Positions 9,249-16,465 of a stretch of DNA of 36,327 nucleotides are shown piece after piece. Source of the DNA: Bdellovibrionota bacterium (GTDB lineage Bacteria; Bdellovibrionota_C; UBA2361). The position numbers and the translations under genes are program-made. A model generated the notes under the pieces. It saw only the letters and a list, made by a program, of their open reading frames with translations, was not told where the DNA came from and did no database searches. The DNA is taken from assembly GCA_044352465.1 (NCBI GenBank), contig JBILDU010000019.1, forward strand, positions 1 through 36,327. The letters run 5' to 3'. Each line of letters opens with the position of its first letter. Position 1 is the stretch's first letter.

Positions 9249-9907
9249 CTTCGGTGCTAGCCTTACGCGGACGCCGAGTCTACTTCGTCTTCATGGTAAG
9301 TGCGCTCCTTGTCGGCACGGGTGCTAAGACTCATGCCGCGCCGCTCGAAGAGGTTCTTAACTCAGACCTCATGCGCAATTTTCAATCGAATAACGAGGAG
9401 GTGACCGAACGGTCACAGCTCATTAACCAACTCGACCGCGATAGAAATCTCTATACATTATTCTCCAAAAAGTCGGGCCCGCTCGAGCTCATCGCATGGG
9501 TCGCTCCGAACGACAAATCGTTTCTTCCCCGTAAACAAACCGCCACACGGCGCAAGGAATACGTCTCCGCAGAGCGGGCGTTTTCACGCTCGGATGGGCT
9601 CTCGGTCGTGCTCCGCATCTATGTGGCTCATCCCCATTACGCCAATATCGCCGACCTCGGGCTCCTCCCCGAGCTGGCCGCCTTAAAACCACCAACGCTA
9701 CAGACCGACTTCTCCCTACCGGTTGCAGTTCAAGGAATAGCAACGACAGCGTACCGGACCCGCAACGGGGGGCTGGCGCTCTCGATACCGGTGATGAGTG
9801 GAGCATTAGTGCACCTGACTACCGAGAGGTGGGACGACCTTACGACGATCTTGGATTTCGCCGGGGCACTTGATCTAAACCGGCTCAAAGTGAAGCTTTC
9901 ATCATAG
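9245..9907 (+). CDS. Hypothetical exported protein
   Basis: ATGA overlap with the upstream stop; signal-peptide-like N-terminus (THA-A); no known motif. Confidence 0.65.
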   Translation: MTSVLALRGRRVYFVFMVSALLVGTGAKTHAAPLEEVLNSDLMRNFQSNNEEVTERSQLINQLDRDRNLYTLFSKKSGPLELIAWVAPNDKSFLPRKQTATRRKEYVSAERAFSRSDGLSVVLRIYVAHPHYANIADLGLLPELAALKPPTLQTDFSLPVAVQGIATTAYRTRNGGLALSIPVMSGALVHLTTERWDDLTTILDFAGALDLNRLKVKLSS

Positions 9908-10048
9908 CGGCTCGTCCGCTCAATCTTTGAAGGGGACTCCCGTCAGGAGGTGTAGTTCCGAGGGTTGTGAAGAGGCCCCACGATAGTAGTACTTTTTGAC
10001 CCTTGCCCTGCTCGAATTCCCACCAGAAAGGTTTTTCTAGACGAGCCG
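9908..10048 (+). ncRNA. Candidate structured RNA or long inverted-repeat element
   Basis: Perfect 9-bp closing stem CGGCTCGTC/GACGAGCCG. Nested stems AAUCUUU/AAAGGUU, GGUG/CACC, AGGGUU/GACCCU and GAAGAG/CUUUUU; the G-U pairs favour the + strand. Confidence 0.35.
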
Positions 10049-10082
10049 GCCCGGGGGATGGAGGGCACACGAGCGACGAAGA

Positions 10083-10131
10083 GAGCCCCCTAAGGTGAAA
10101 GCCGTACGACAAAACTCACCGCAAAGGGCCC
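10083..10131 (-). terminator. 3'-UTR hairpin after the lipoprotein gene (terminator or stabiliser)
   Basis: Minus strand GGGCCCUUUG-C-GGUGAG...UUCACC-U-UAGGGGGCUC followed by UCUUC; weak U-tract. Confidence 0.4.
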
Positions 10132-10136
10132 GAAAC

Positions 10137-10580
10137 TTAGGAGAGGGAGAACTTTGTTGTCTCAAGCTCTGCCGCGAGCACGGAATAGGTACGTGAAGCG
10201 AGAAGCTTCACCTGCGCTGCGGTTACCGTATCACCCGAGGAAGTCCCCAGCATGCGATACTGCAAAGCGATCTCGTTCAGCGCGGGGCGTGAGGTGAAAC
10301 CTGCTTTATTGACAAGACCAGCGATATCTTCGCCAAGAGCTGCGATCTTCTCCGTCGCCCCGGTCAGGTCCTCTTGCGTCGTCAGAGAGCTCAAACTCCC
10401 CGTCACCTTCTCTAGGGTTACGCTCACCTCAGCGGGGACACCCGCTTTCGATACGTCCGCATAGCGAGATTGAGCCGAAGCCAACACCTCGGCAAGGGTA
10501 ACCGTCTCCCCGCGCGGCATACATCCGAGCATCAACATCGAGGAGAGGAGAACAAAACCGACACGAGCGATATTTTTCAT
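10137..10580 (-). CDS. Hypothetical lipoprotein (all-helical)
   Basis: MKNIARVGFVLLSSMLMLG-C lipobox. Start at ATG 10580 rather than the 10898 ORF-track start. Confidence 0.75.
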   Translation of the reverse strand: MKNIARVGFVLLSSMLMLGCMPRGETVTLAEVLASAQSRYADVSKAGVPAEVSVTLEKVTGSLSSLTTQEDLTGATEKIAALGEDIAGLVNKAGFTSRPALNEIALQYRMLGTSSGDTVTAAQVKLLASRTYSVLAAELETTKFSLS

Positions 10581-10670
10581 ATGTGCACCACCCAAAGGGA
10601 CTGACCGTTGGGAGTATGTAGCCCAAGGACAAAATTTACAAGCCATAGAAAAAACGAAGGATTTTAGAGA

Positions 10671-10791
10671 ACTAGTCCTTCGACCAATAAGTTTTTTCAC
10701 TCCCGCGGAGTGAAAAACTAACTCAGGACTAGTGGTGAGCATAAACTCTATTACCTTGCAGGTGAAAGAATTTAATGGTCGAACCACTAGT
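10671..10791. repeat. Nested inverted-repeat element with three ACTAGT sites
   Basis: ACTAGT at 10671, 10728 and 10786. Terminal IR ACTAGTCCTTCGACCA / TGGTCGAACCACTAGT (14/16). Internal perfect 11-bp IR TTTTTCACTCC/GGAGTGAAAAA (10693-10717). Confidence 0.75.
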
Positions 10792-10935
10792 ACTCCGACC
10801 CGAACGTTTCCTCGCCTCAGAGCCGGTCCGGAGGGCGGAGCACTCACTTTTTTGTCTGGTCCTCTTTCGGCCTCCGTTCGGCCAACCCCGGTGAACACAC
10901 TTCAGACGGGAGACCAGAGATAGAGCCGACCAAAC

Positions 10936-12936
10936 TCACCCTCTTGACCGACCGTTCAGGGCGCGGCGCAATTCCGCTAATTCGCGGTCAAAATTACCCG
11001 AGAGGATGGGGAAGCGGCACCACGTCTTCGGATCGAGATTTTCATCGTCGACATGAAACGACGGAGCGAGACGCTCCCGTTTCCACTGATTGCGACACCA
11101 CAAGATAAAAAAGCGTTCGACCCATGCCCCCAAGGTAGCCGGGGCATGCTTATCGTGGAAATCCCCTGTGAGAACCTGAAAAACCTCGAGGGGTGTTTTC
11201 TTATCGCGGATCGCCAGACGCTCAATCGCATCGAGCACCTCGTACGGCATTAAGTCCTTCTGGGCCTCCTGATGAGCTGCCGGAGGACGCAGCTCGGGAG
11301 AGGGCTGCAGCGCATTCACATGCTTCAGTGCGGCAAGGGTTGTACCCCCATGGGGGCCACGGGTCTCGAGCCAGCGCAGCCATCGGCGCAAAAACGGCTT
11401 ATCAATACCACCGATCGGGTTGAGCCCCCCACTCGTGTCTCCATCCATGGTCGCATAGCCCACCGCCGACTCGCTGCGATCGCTCGTGGCCAAGAGGAGC
11501 GCATTTTTCATATTCGCCACCAACCAGGCCCCCGGGGAACGCACCCGCGCTTGAATATTCTGTAGAGCGATATCATCCCGCTCCCACGAGAGCGACCGCT
11601 CTAATGCACTGCTCACCATGGCGGTATAGCTGTCGACAAGGCTATCGATCTCGAATTCCAAAAACTGTGCCCCTACCTCAGCCGCAAGTGCCCGGGCGGA
11701 AATGCGGGTCTCGGCCGAATTATTCGCCGTCCCTTGATATATACAGGTAAGCATTCGCCCCACGATATCGTGCGGGGTCTTCGCTCCGCGGAGCTCCTCA
11801 AGATATCCCAACCGACCGAGGAAGCCTTTCAGACCGAGCTCCCCCACTCCGAGCTCCACCATCATCGCCACCAGAGCCGCGACTGCGCACGAATCAGCGC
11901 CCCCACTCAGCGACACGACGAATCCGCGAGCCCGACTTTTCCGCAGGTAATCAAAAAGCCCAAGCGTGACCGCCCGAGTGAACTCCTCCTCCTTCAGCTC
12001 AGGAGAACGCTCCCACGTACGCGCCGCGGTGGCTGTAAAGGGCTGCACCCCCTTCGGAATGACATTGAGGTCGAAGGAGAGGACCCCACCCCGCTTCATC
12101 GACGGTTCAAAACTGGCTACTTTCGCCTGATTAATTCGCACCGCGTCGAGGTCGATCGTTGCCGCGGTAACGACAACTTCCTCGAACGAGAGCCGCGGCC
12201 CCACAGCGACGAGCTTTCCTTCTGAGGCGATAAGGCAATCGCCGTCGTAAATTACCCTGCCGGCCTCGCAACCAAGCAAGTTGGCGTACACATACGTCGT
12301 TGAAAATGAACGCGAGCCTTCGAGAACGAAACGCTCCCGCACGGCACGCTTTCCGAAGGCAAAGTGACTTGCACTCGGATTGAGCAGGAGATCGACTCCC
12401 CGAGTCGCCAGATCTCGACCGGTTCGATCGGCAACCCAAGCATCCTCACAGATCTCGAAGCCGATGGTGACACCGTCGATCTCGAAACCGAAATCACCGA
12501 TAGGAAATCGGCCCAGAGAGAGGGAAATTTCACCTTGCGCTCCGCGAGGCCACGGTTTAAACCACCGCGGCTCGTATTGGAGACCGTCACCGGAGAGGTG
12601 CTGCTTCGGGGCGAAACCTAGAATCCGTCCATCAGCGATCAGACACGCCACATCGAAGAGAGCGCGATTGTAGAGGACAGGCAACCCGACCGCGACGACA
12701 AGGCCCTTGGTTGTCGGGAGGATCTCGCCGAGGACAGCGGTCGCCGTCTCGATAAGGCCCGGCATAAAGAAGGCGTCTTCGCAGCCGTAGCCGGTGATGC
12801 TGAGCTCCGGTAGCACCAGCACGTTCGCCCGCTCTGCCCGTGCGAATTCAATCGCTCGGATGATGCGAGCCTTATTTCCCTCCCAATCGAGGGGAGTTTG
12901 ATTGAGTGCCGCAGCAGCGACCCGAACCGTACGCAT
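10936..12936 (-). CDS. nadE: Glutamine-dependent NAD+ synthetase
   Basis: Nitrilase-like glutaminase domain (PELSITGYGCED, PK, EICED) plus synthetase domain (SLSGGADS, QNIQARVR, GYATMDGD, PSPELRP). Confidence 0.96.
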   Translation of the reverse strand: MRTVRVAAAALNQTPLDWEGNKARIIRAIEFARAERANVLVLPELSITGYGCEDAFFMPGLIETATAVLGEILPTTKGLVVAVGLPVLYNRALFDVACLIADGRILGFAPKQHLSGDGLQYEPRWFKPWPRGAQGEISLSLGRFPIGDFGFEIDGVTIGFEICEDAWVADRTGRDLATRGVDLLLNPSASHFAFGKRAVRERFVLEGSRSFSTTYVYANLLGCEAGRVIYDGDCLIASEGKLVAVGPRLSFEEVVVTAATIDLDAVRINQAKVASFEPSMKRGGVLSFDLNVIPKGVQPFTATAARTWERSPELKEEEFTRAVTLGLFDYLRKSRARGFVVSLSGGADSCAVAALVAMMVELGVGELGLKGFLGRLGYLEELRGAKTPHDIVGRMLTCIYQGTANNSAETRISARALAAEVGAQFLEFEIDSLVDSYTAMVSSALERSLSWERDDIALQNIQARVRSPGAWLVANMKNALLLATSDRSESAVGYATMDGDTSGGLNPIGGIDKPFLRRWLRWLETRGPHGGTTLAALKHVNALQPSPELRPPAAHQEAQKDLMPYEVLDAIERLAIRDKKTPLEVFQVLTGDFHDKHAPATLGAWVERFFILWCRNQWKRERLAPSFHVDDENLDPKTWCRFPILSGNFDRELAELRRALNGRSRG

Positions 12937-13161
12937 AAGTAATTTATACCCCTTTTACGGCGAGTGAGCCAAAACGATTTGAGGGCGGTCGCAAAGGTCC
13001 TTTTTCCCGCGATAGCCGGCACCCAATCCCATCAGGAGCTTGGCGCAATTCGGAGCTGAGAGCCATCCACAAACGAGGCAGCCTTATGAGCCGGTGGACT
13101 TATAGCGACTGCAGCAACCGGCCCGCCACCGCCACAGTGTCGGCCTCGCCTCGCTTTCCAA

Positions 13162-13195
13162 CCTGCATTGTCTATCTGAGGATGGACAATGCAGG
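13162..13195. repeat. 15-bp inverted repeat (hairpin)
   Basis: CCTGCATTGTCTATC-tgag-GATGGACAATGCAGG; one U-G pair on the + strand; no U-tract. Confidence 0.7.
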
Positions 13196-13322
13196 GGAGT
13201 CCCGGGCGGTCACAACGTTGAAAAAACTGTCTGAAAACAGCGCCCCATTTCACCGAAGAGAAGACGAAGTCAGCGCAATATGAGCATACCGGCGCAACGG
13301 ACGAATCGACTAAGGCGAGTCG

Positions 13323-13395
13323 ACTTAGCGAGGATATCAATGGAGGATATAACTAGCGGGGGATAACTATTGGGGAATATACTATTGGGGAATAT
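13323..13395. repeat. Degenerate 13-16-bp tandem array abutting the tRNA-Gly(CCC) 3' end
   Basis: ACTATTGGGGAATAT twice exactly (13366-13380, 13381-13395), preceded by three degenerate units (acttagcgaggatat, caatggaggatat, aactagcgggggat). Confidence 0.7.
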
Positions 13396-13397
13396 AG

Positions 13398-13473
13398 TGG
13401 AGCGGGCGACGGGATTCGAACCCGCGACACCGAGCTTGGGAAGCTCGTACTCTACCAACTGAGCTACGCCCGC
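13398..13473 (-). tRNA. tRNA-Gly (anticodon CCC)
   Basis: GCGGGCG/CGCCCGC acceptor stem, U73, encoded CCA, anticodon arm CGAGC-TT-CCC-AA-GCTCG, TTCGAAT T-loop. Confidence 0.98.
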
Positions 13474-13574
13474 ACGGAAGAAAAAAACCAACCCGAAAAC
13501 AACCTCACAGCACCGCACCTCGTGAAGCGCCGCCCGAAGACGACGCCCTCTCAGGAGCGTCCCCACCCGACACG

Positions 13575-13711
13575 GCCGGGCTCGAATAGGAAAACTTTCT
13601 CCAGGGCCCAGTTCTCCAGGGCTCCAGGGTCCAGGGTCCAGGGCTCCAGGGTCCAGGGCTACTCCCTGGCCGTCATTCGAGTCCCGGCTCCGCCGGGCTC
13701 GAATAGGAAAA
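13575..13711. repeat. Composite repeat: 20-bp direct repeats flanking (TCCAGGG)7 and an inverted partial copy
   Basis: GCCGGGCTCGAATAGGAAAA at 13575-13594 and 13692-13711; TCCAGGG x7 in 13600-13658; inverted copy ATTCGAGTCCCGGC at 13675-13688. Confidence 0.9.
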
Positions 13712-13714
13712 AAA

Positions 13715-13791
13715 TGGAGCGGGCTAAGAGATTCGAACTCTCGACCTCTTCCTTGGCAAGGAAGCGCTCTAGCCAGCTGAGCTAAGCCCGC
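13715..13791 (-). tRNA. tRNA-Gly (anticodon GCC)
   Basis: GCGGGCT/AGCCCGC acceptor stem, U73, CCA, anticodon arm CTTCC-TT-GCC-AA-GGAAG. Confidence 0.98.
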
Positions 13792-13810
13792 ATCCGTAAA
13801 GGGAGTAAAG

Positions 13811-13839
13811 TTTTTAAGTTAACCACGCGGAAAAGTCAA
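13811..13839 (-). promoter_or_regulatory. Putative sigma70 promoter of the tRNA-Gly pair
   Basis: TTGACT-N17-TAAAAA about 20 nt upstream of the tRNA; -10 imperfect. Confidence 0.45.
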
Positions 13840-13941
13840 TGCGTGAGGGAGCTCCCCCGGGGGGTGCGCCCTACACTTTTCAAAGTTCTAAGATAAGCGA
13901 TATAACTCCTTATATTACCGAATTCGATAAGGGAGGTCTCG

Positions 13942-14238
13942 ATGAGCGACAGCTGGAACGACATGCGGCGCGCCAAGGAAGAGGAATTTTTTGACCGTCA
14001 AAACCGCGAGGCAATGGAGAGGCTAAAGACTCGCACCGGTTCGAAACCGCGCCTGAGCCCGGTTACCGGAGAAGCTATGGAACAGATCTCGCTCATGGGC
14101 GTTGCGGTAGACCGATGCCCTCAAAGTGGGGGCATCTGGCTCGATGCTGGAGAGCTCGAGCTCATCATTAAGGCCGCGACCGAATCGAAGGACAAAGGGT
14201 GGGCTGAATCGTTCCTCGGAAAGCTTCTCGGCAAATAA
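13942..14238 (+). CDS. Small protein: IF1-like N-terminal helix plus degenerate zf-TFIIB-type zinc ribbon
   Basis: GGGAGG RBS. SPVTGEAM...VDRCPQSGGIWLDAGEL matches the zf-TFIIB pattern CPxC..DxCxxCxGxWLDxGEL with 3 of 4 Cys lost. Confidence 0.8.
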   Translation: MSDSWNDMRRAKEEEFFDRQNREAMERLKTRTGSKPRLSPVTGEAMEQISLMGVAVDRCPQSGGIWLDAGELELIIKAATESKDKGWAESFLGKLLGK

Positions 14239-14274
14239 GCCCACCGCAGTGATAGTCCGGGGGCGCCTCACGGA

Positions 14275-14571
14275 CTATCGGTCGGGCTCAATAAACTTTT
14301 CGATGGTTGAGCGGAGATCTCGCCGGTCCATCGGTGGTGGTGGGTTAGCGCCGTTTGCGGCCCCGCCGAGCCTGCGCGCGCTCTCCGACAAATCCTCAAC
14401 CAGAGCGTCATGACTTGCGAGGAGGCTCTCACGCACATTTTTAAGGGTAATGCGAATCCCCGCTCGAGTAAGGGGAGACATCTCGCCACCGCTACCGATT
14501 CCTATCTCCTCAACCATACCGATGAGATCGGCGGCCTCAAGAAGCTTCATCAACGCCCGAGAACCTTCCAT
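14275..14571 (-). CDS. Hypothetical protein
   Basis: GAGGT RBS before ATG; helical composition; convergent with the adjacent gene. Confidence 0.65.
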   Translation of the reverse strand: MEGSRALMKLLEAADLIGMVEEIGIGSGGEMSPLTRAGIRITLKNVRESLLASHDALVEDLSESARRLGGAANGANPPPPMDRRDLRSTIEKFIEPDR

Positions 14572-14826
14572 AAAACCTCACAAAAACGCTGACAGCTCGC
14601 TCAAAAGCGGACTCCGCTCGGCCGACGTCACCGAGTCGAGCTCTGGGCCGATGGCGGTCCATGTATGGAGCGCTCCAAGTTCAAACACCTCCTCTCTCGA
14701 TGCTCCCGGCAGAGCGCGCGCCTCTATTTCCGAACCGATATTCTAACCGGCCTTTGGCAAACCGATGCCTGTGGTTGCCGGCCGACAGGACGGGGTATAG
14801 TCTGAAAGAGATTTCAGGGAACGCGC

Positions 14827-15330
14827 ATGGGCTTGCTACAACTCTTACTTTTCGGGGCGAAAAAGGTGGCCTCCCCCCGGCGTCGTCGACCGATCAAACC
14901 GTTGCCGCGAATTGCCGCGAGCGACCCCCACCTCACCACGATCTGGCAAGAGCTGCGCCGGAGCTATTTCCCGGACCGACCTGATATCGACGCGTACCGA
15001 ATCGTGTGGAGCTCTCGGGGCCAAAAGCGCGTTCTTGCGACGTGCTTCCCCACCAAACACACGGTCAAAGTAGCGCGGGAACTGCGGGACCCGACGTACG
15101 CCGAATGGCTTGCCCCACTTCTCTATCACGAGATGTGCCATGCGTATCTCGGCGTTCTCGCGCCAGCCAATGGGCGGCGGCGGTGGCACGGCCCTGAGTT
15201 CAGAGCCCTGGAGAAGCGACACCCTGACTCAGTAAAACTCGATCGTTGGATAAAAAGCGGTGGGTGGTCGAAAGCGGTGCGAAGCGATCGGTCGAAACGG
15301 GCGGCGGCGAAGCGGCGAGGTCCGCAATGA
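14827..15330 (+). CDS. SprT-like zinc metalloprotease domain protein
   Basis: LLYHEMCH (HEXXH) followed by WHGPEFRALE. Confidence 0.85.
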   Translation: MGLLQLLLFGAKKVASPRRRRPIKPLPRIAASDPHLTTIWQELRRSYFPDRPDIDAYRIVWSSRGQKRVLATCFPTKHTVKVARELRDPTYAEWLAPLLYHEMCHAYLGVLAPANGRRRWHGPEFRALEKRHPDSVKLDRWIKSGGWSKAVRSDRSKRAAAKRRGPQ

Positions 15331-16241
15331 TCTCCCGTCGGCGATTCATTCAACTCTCCGCACTGGCGGGATTCGGGGTGGCGACCGCCTCAGGATACGC
15401 CCTCGGGGCGACGACGACAGCAGCTCTCGAGCTTCGACGTATTACGGTGCCCCTCCGAAACCTGCCACCAGCGTTTGATGGGTATACGATTGGATTCGTA
15501 TCCGATATGCACCTCGGATACTACGTACCCACCGAGCTTATCGCGAGCTCCGCCGATCTTCTCCGCGCCGAGCGGTGCGACCTCATCGCGCTTGGCGGGG
15601 ACTACATCTGGCACCCCGACGAGGGGAAGGTCTGGCCACGCTGCAATCACGATCTACGAGGCGTTGCCCACGGGGATCTGCCGGATCACGCGTTCACTCG
15701 GTTGGCCGATATTTACTCCGCTCTCCGTCCCCCCGATGGTGTCATCGGCGTGCTCGGAAATCACGACATGTGGATCGCTCCGCGACGTTGCCGCGAGATC
15801 TTCGCCGCTCACGCGATCACCATCGTCGAAAATCGCGCTGTAACGATTGTGCGGGGGAAATCTGAGGTACGCGTTGGGGGTGTCGCCGATCTGTGGACCG
15901 GCTATCCCCGTTTTCCGTTTACCGATACCGACTCATCAAAAGGCCCGACTGTTCTTCTGGCGCACAACCCCGATTACGTGGCGGAATCGCTTGGTCGCGC
16001 GGATCGGCCCTTCGATCTGGCACTTTGCGGCCACACCCACGGAGGTCAGATTCGACTGCCATTTGGTGGGGTCATTTTTGACAACGTCGTTGATAAGAGA
16101 TTCGTCAGCGGCCTCGTCAAAGTCGGCCACCAAAGCGTCTTTACCACCAACGGAATCGGCGTCGTCGAAATCCCGTTACGTATAAATTGCCCCCCCGAGG
16201 CGGTAGTGATTACCCTTCGATCGGCCGAAAGCACAGCGTAA
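15327..16241 (+). CDS. Tat-exported calcineurin-like metallophosphoesterase (YkuE-like)
   Basis: MISRRRF Tat signal; SDMH, GGDY, GNHD, AHNPD, GHTHGGQ; ATGA overlap with the upstream stop. Confidence 0.92.
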   Translation: MISRRRFIQLSALAGFGVATASGYALGATTTAALELRRITVPLRNLPPAFDGYTIGFVSDMHLGYYVPTELIASSADLLRAERCDLIALGGDYIWHPDEGKVWPRCNHDLRGVAHGDLPDHAFTRLADIYSALRPPDGVIGVLGNHDMWIAPRRCREIFAAHAITIVENRAVTIVRGKSEVRVGGVADLWTGYPRFPFTDTDSSKGPTVLLAHNPDYVAESLGRADRPFDLALCGHTHGGQIRLPFGGVIFDNVVDKRFVSGLVKVGHQSVFTTNGIGVVEIPLRINCPPEAVVITLRSAESTA

Positions 16242-16251
16242 GCAATTGATA
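16239..16251 (-). promoter_or_regulatory. IHF consensus site at the edge of the AT-rich rpsU upstream region
   Basis: Minus strand TATCAATTGCTTA matches WATCAANNNNTTR. Confidence 0.35.
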
Positions 16252-16465
16252 TTACACATTAAACATAAATTCACGGCGCGATCATGTGACCTGCTCCCCA
16301 ATAGCAGAAATAACCCCAAAGCCTTTACTTTTTTAGTAAAATTAGAATAATAGGGCATCCAATCGGCAGTTACATGACCGAAAGATGTGCGATAACACCC
16401 TCCCAAAACGGGTTCTTATCCAAATACGTTTGAAGTTTAGCGTCATTGAAGGCTAGGAAATTTTT

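Noticed and set aside
10669..10793. TrpR operator (GAACTAGT / ACTAGTAC half-sites)
   Set aside because: TrpR needs closely tandem half-sites; these are 57-58 bp apart and no trp genes are adjacent
10581..10898. N-terminal 106 aa of the 253-aa ORF 10137-10898
   Set aside because: The lipoprotein signal begins at ATG 10580; the upstream part crosses AT-rich palindromic intergenic DNA
13338..13345. CAATGGAG as a duplicated tRNA 3' end (attR)
   Set aside because: Match to the tRNA end is only 5-7 bp; no integrase or cargo
13575..13711. Possible CRISPR mini-array (two 20-bp repeats)
   Set aside because: Only two repeats, the 97-bp spacer is itself a microsatellite, and there are no cas genes
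13270..13785. ORFs 13270-13566 and 13522-13785
   Set aside because: They overlap tRNA genes and simple repeats
14575..14695. Short minus-strand ORFs after a GGAGGTG in the leader of the 14275-14571 gene
   Set aside because: 18-36 codons, non-ATG starts, no supporting features
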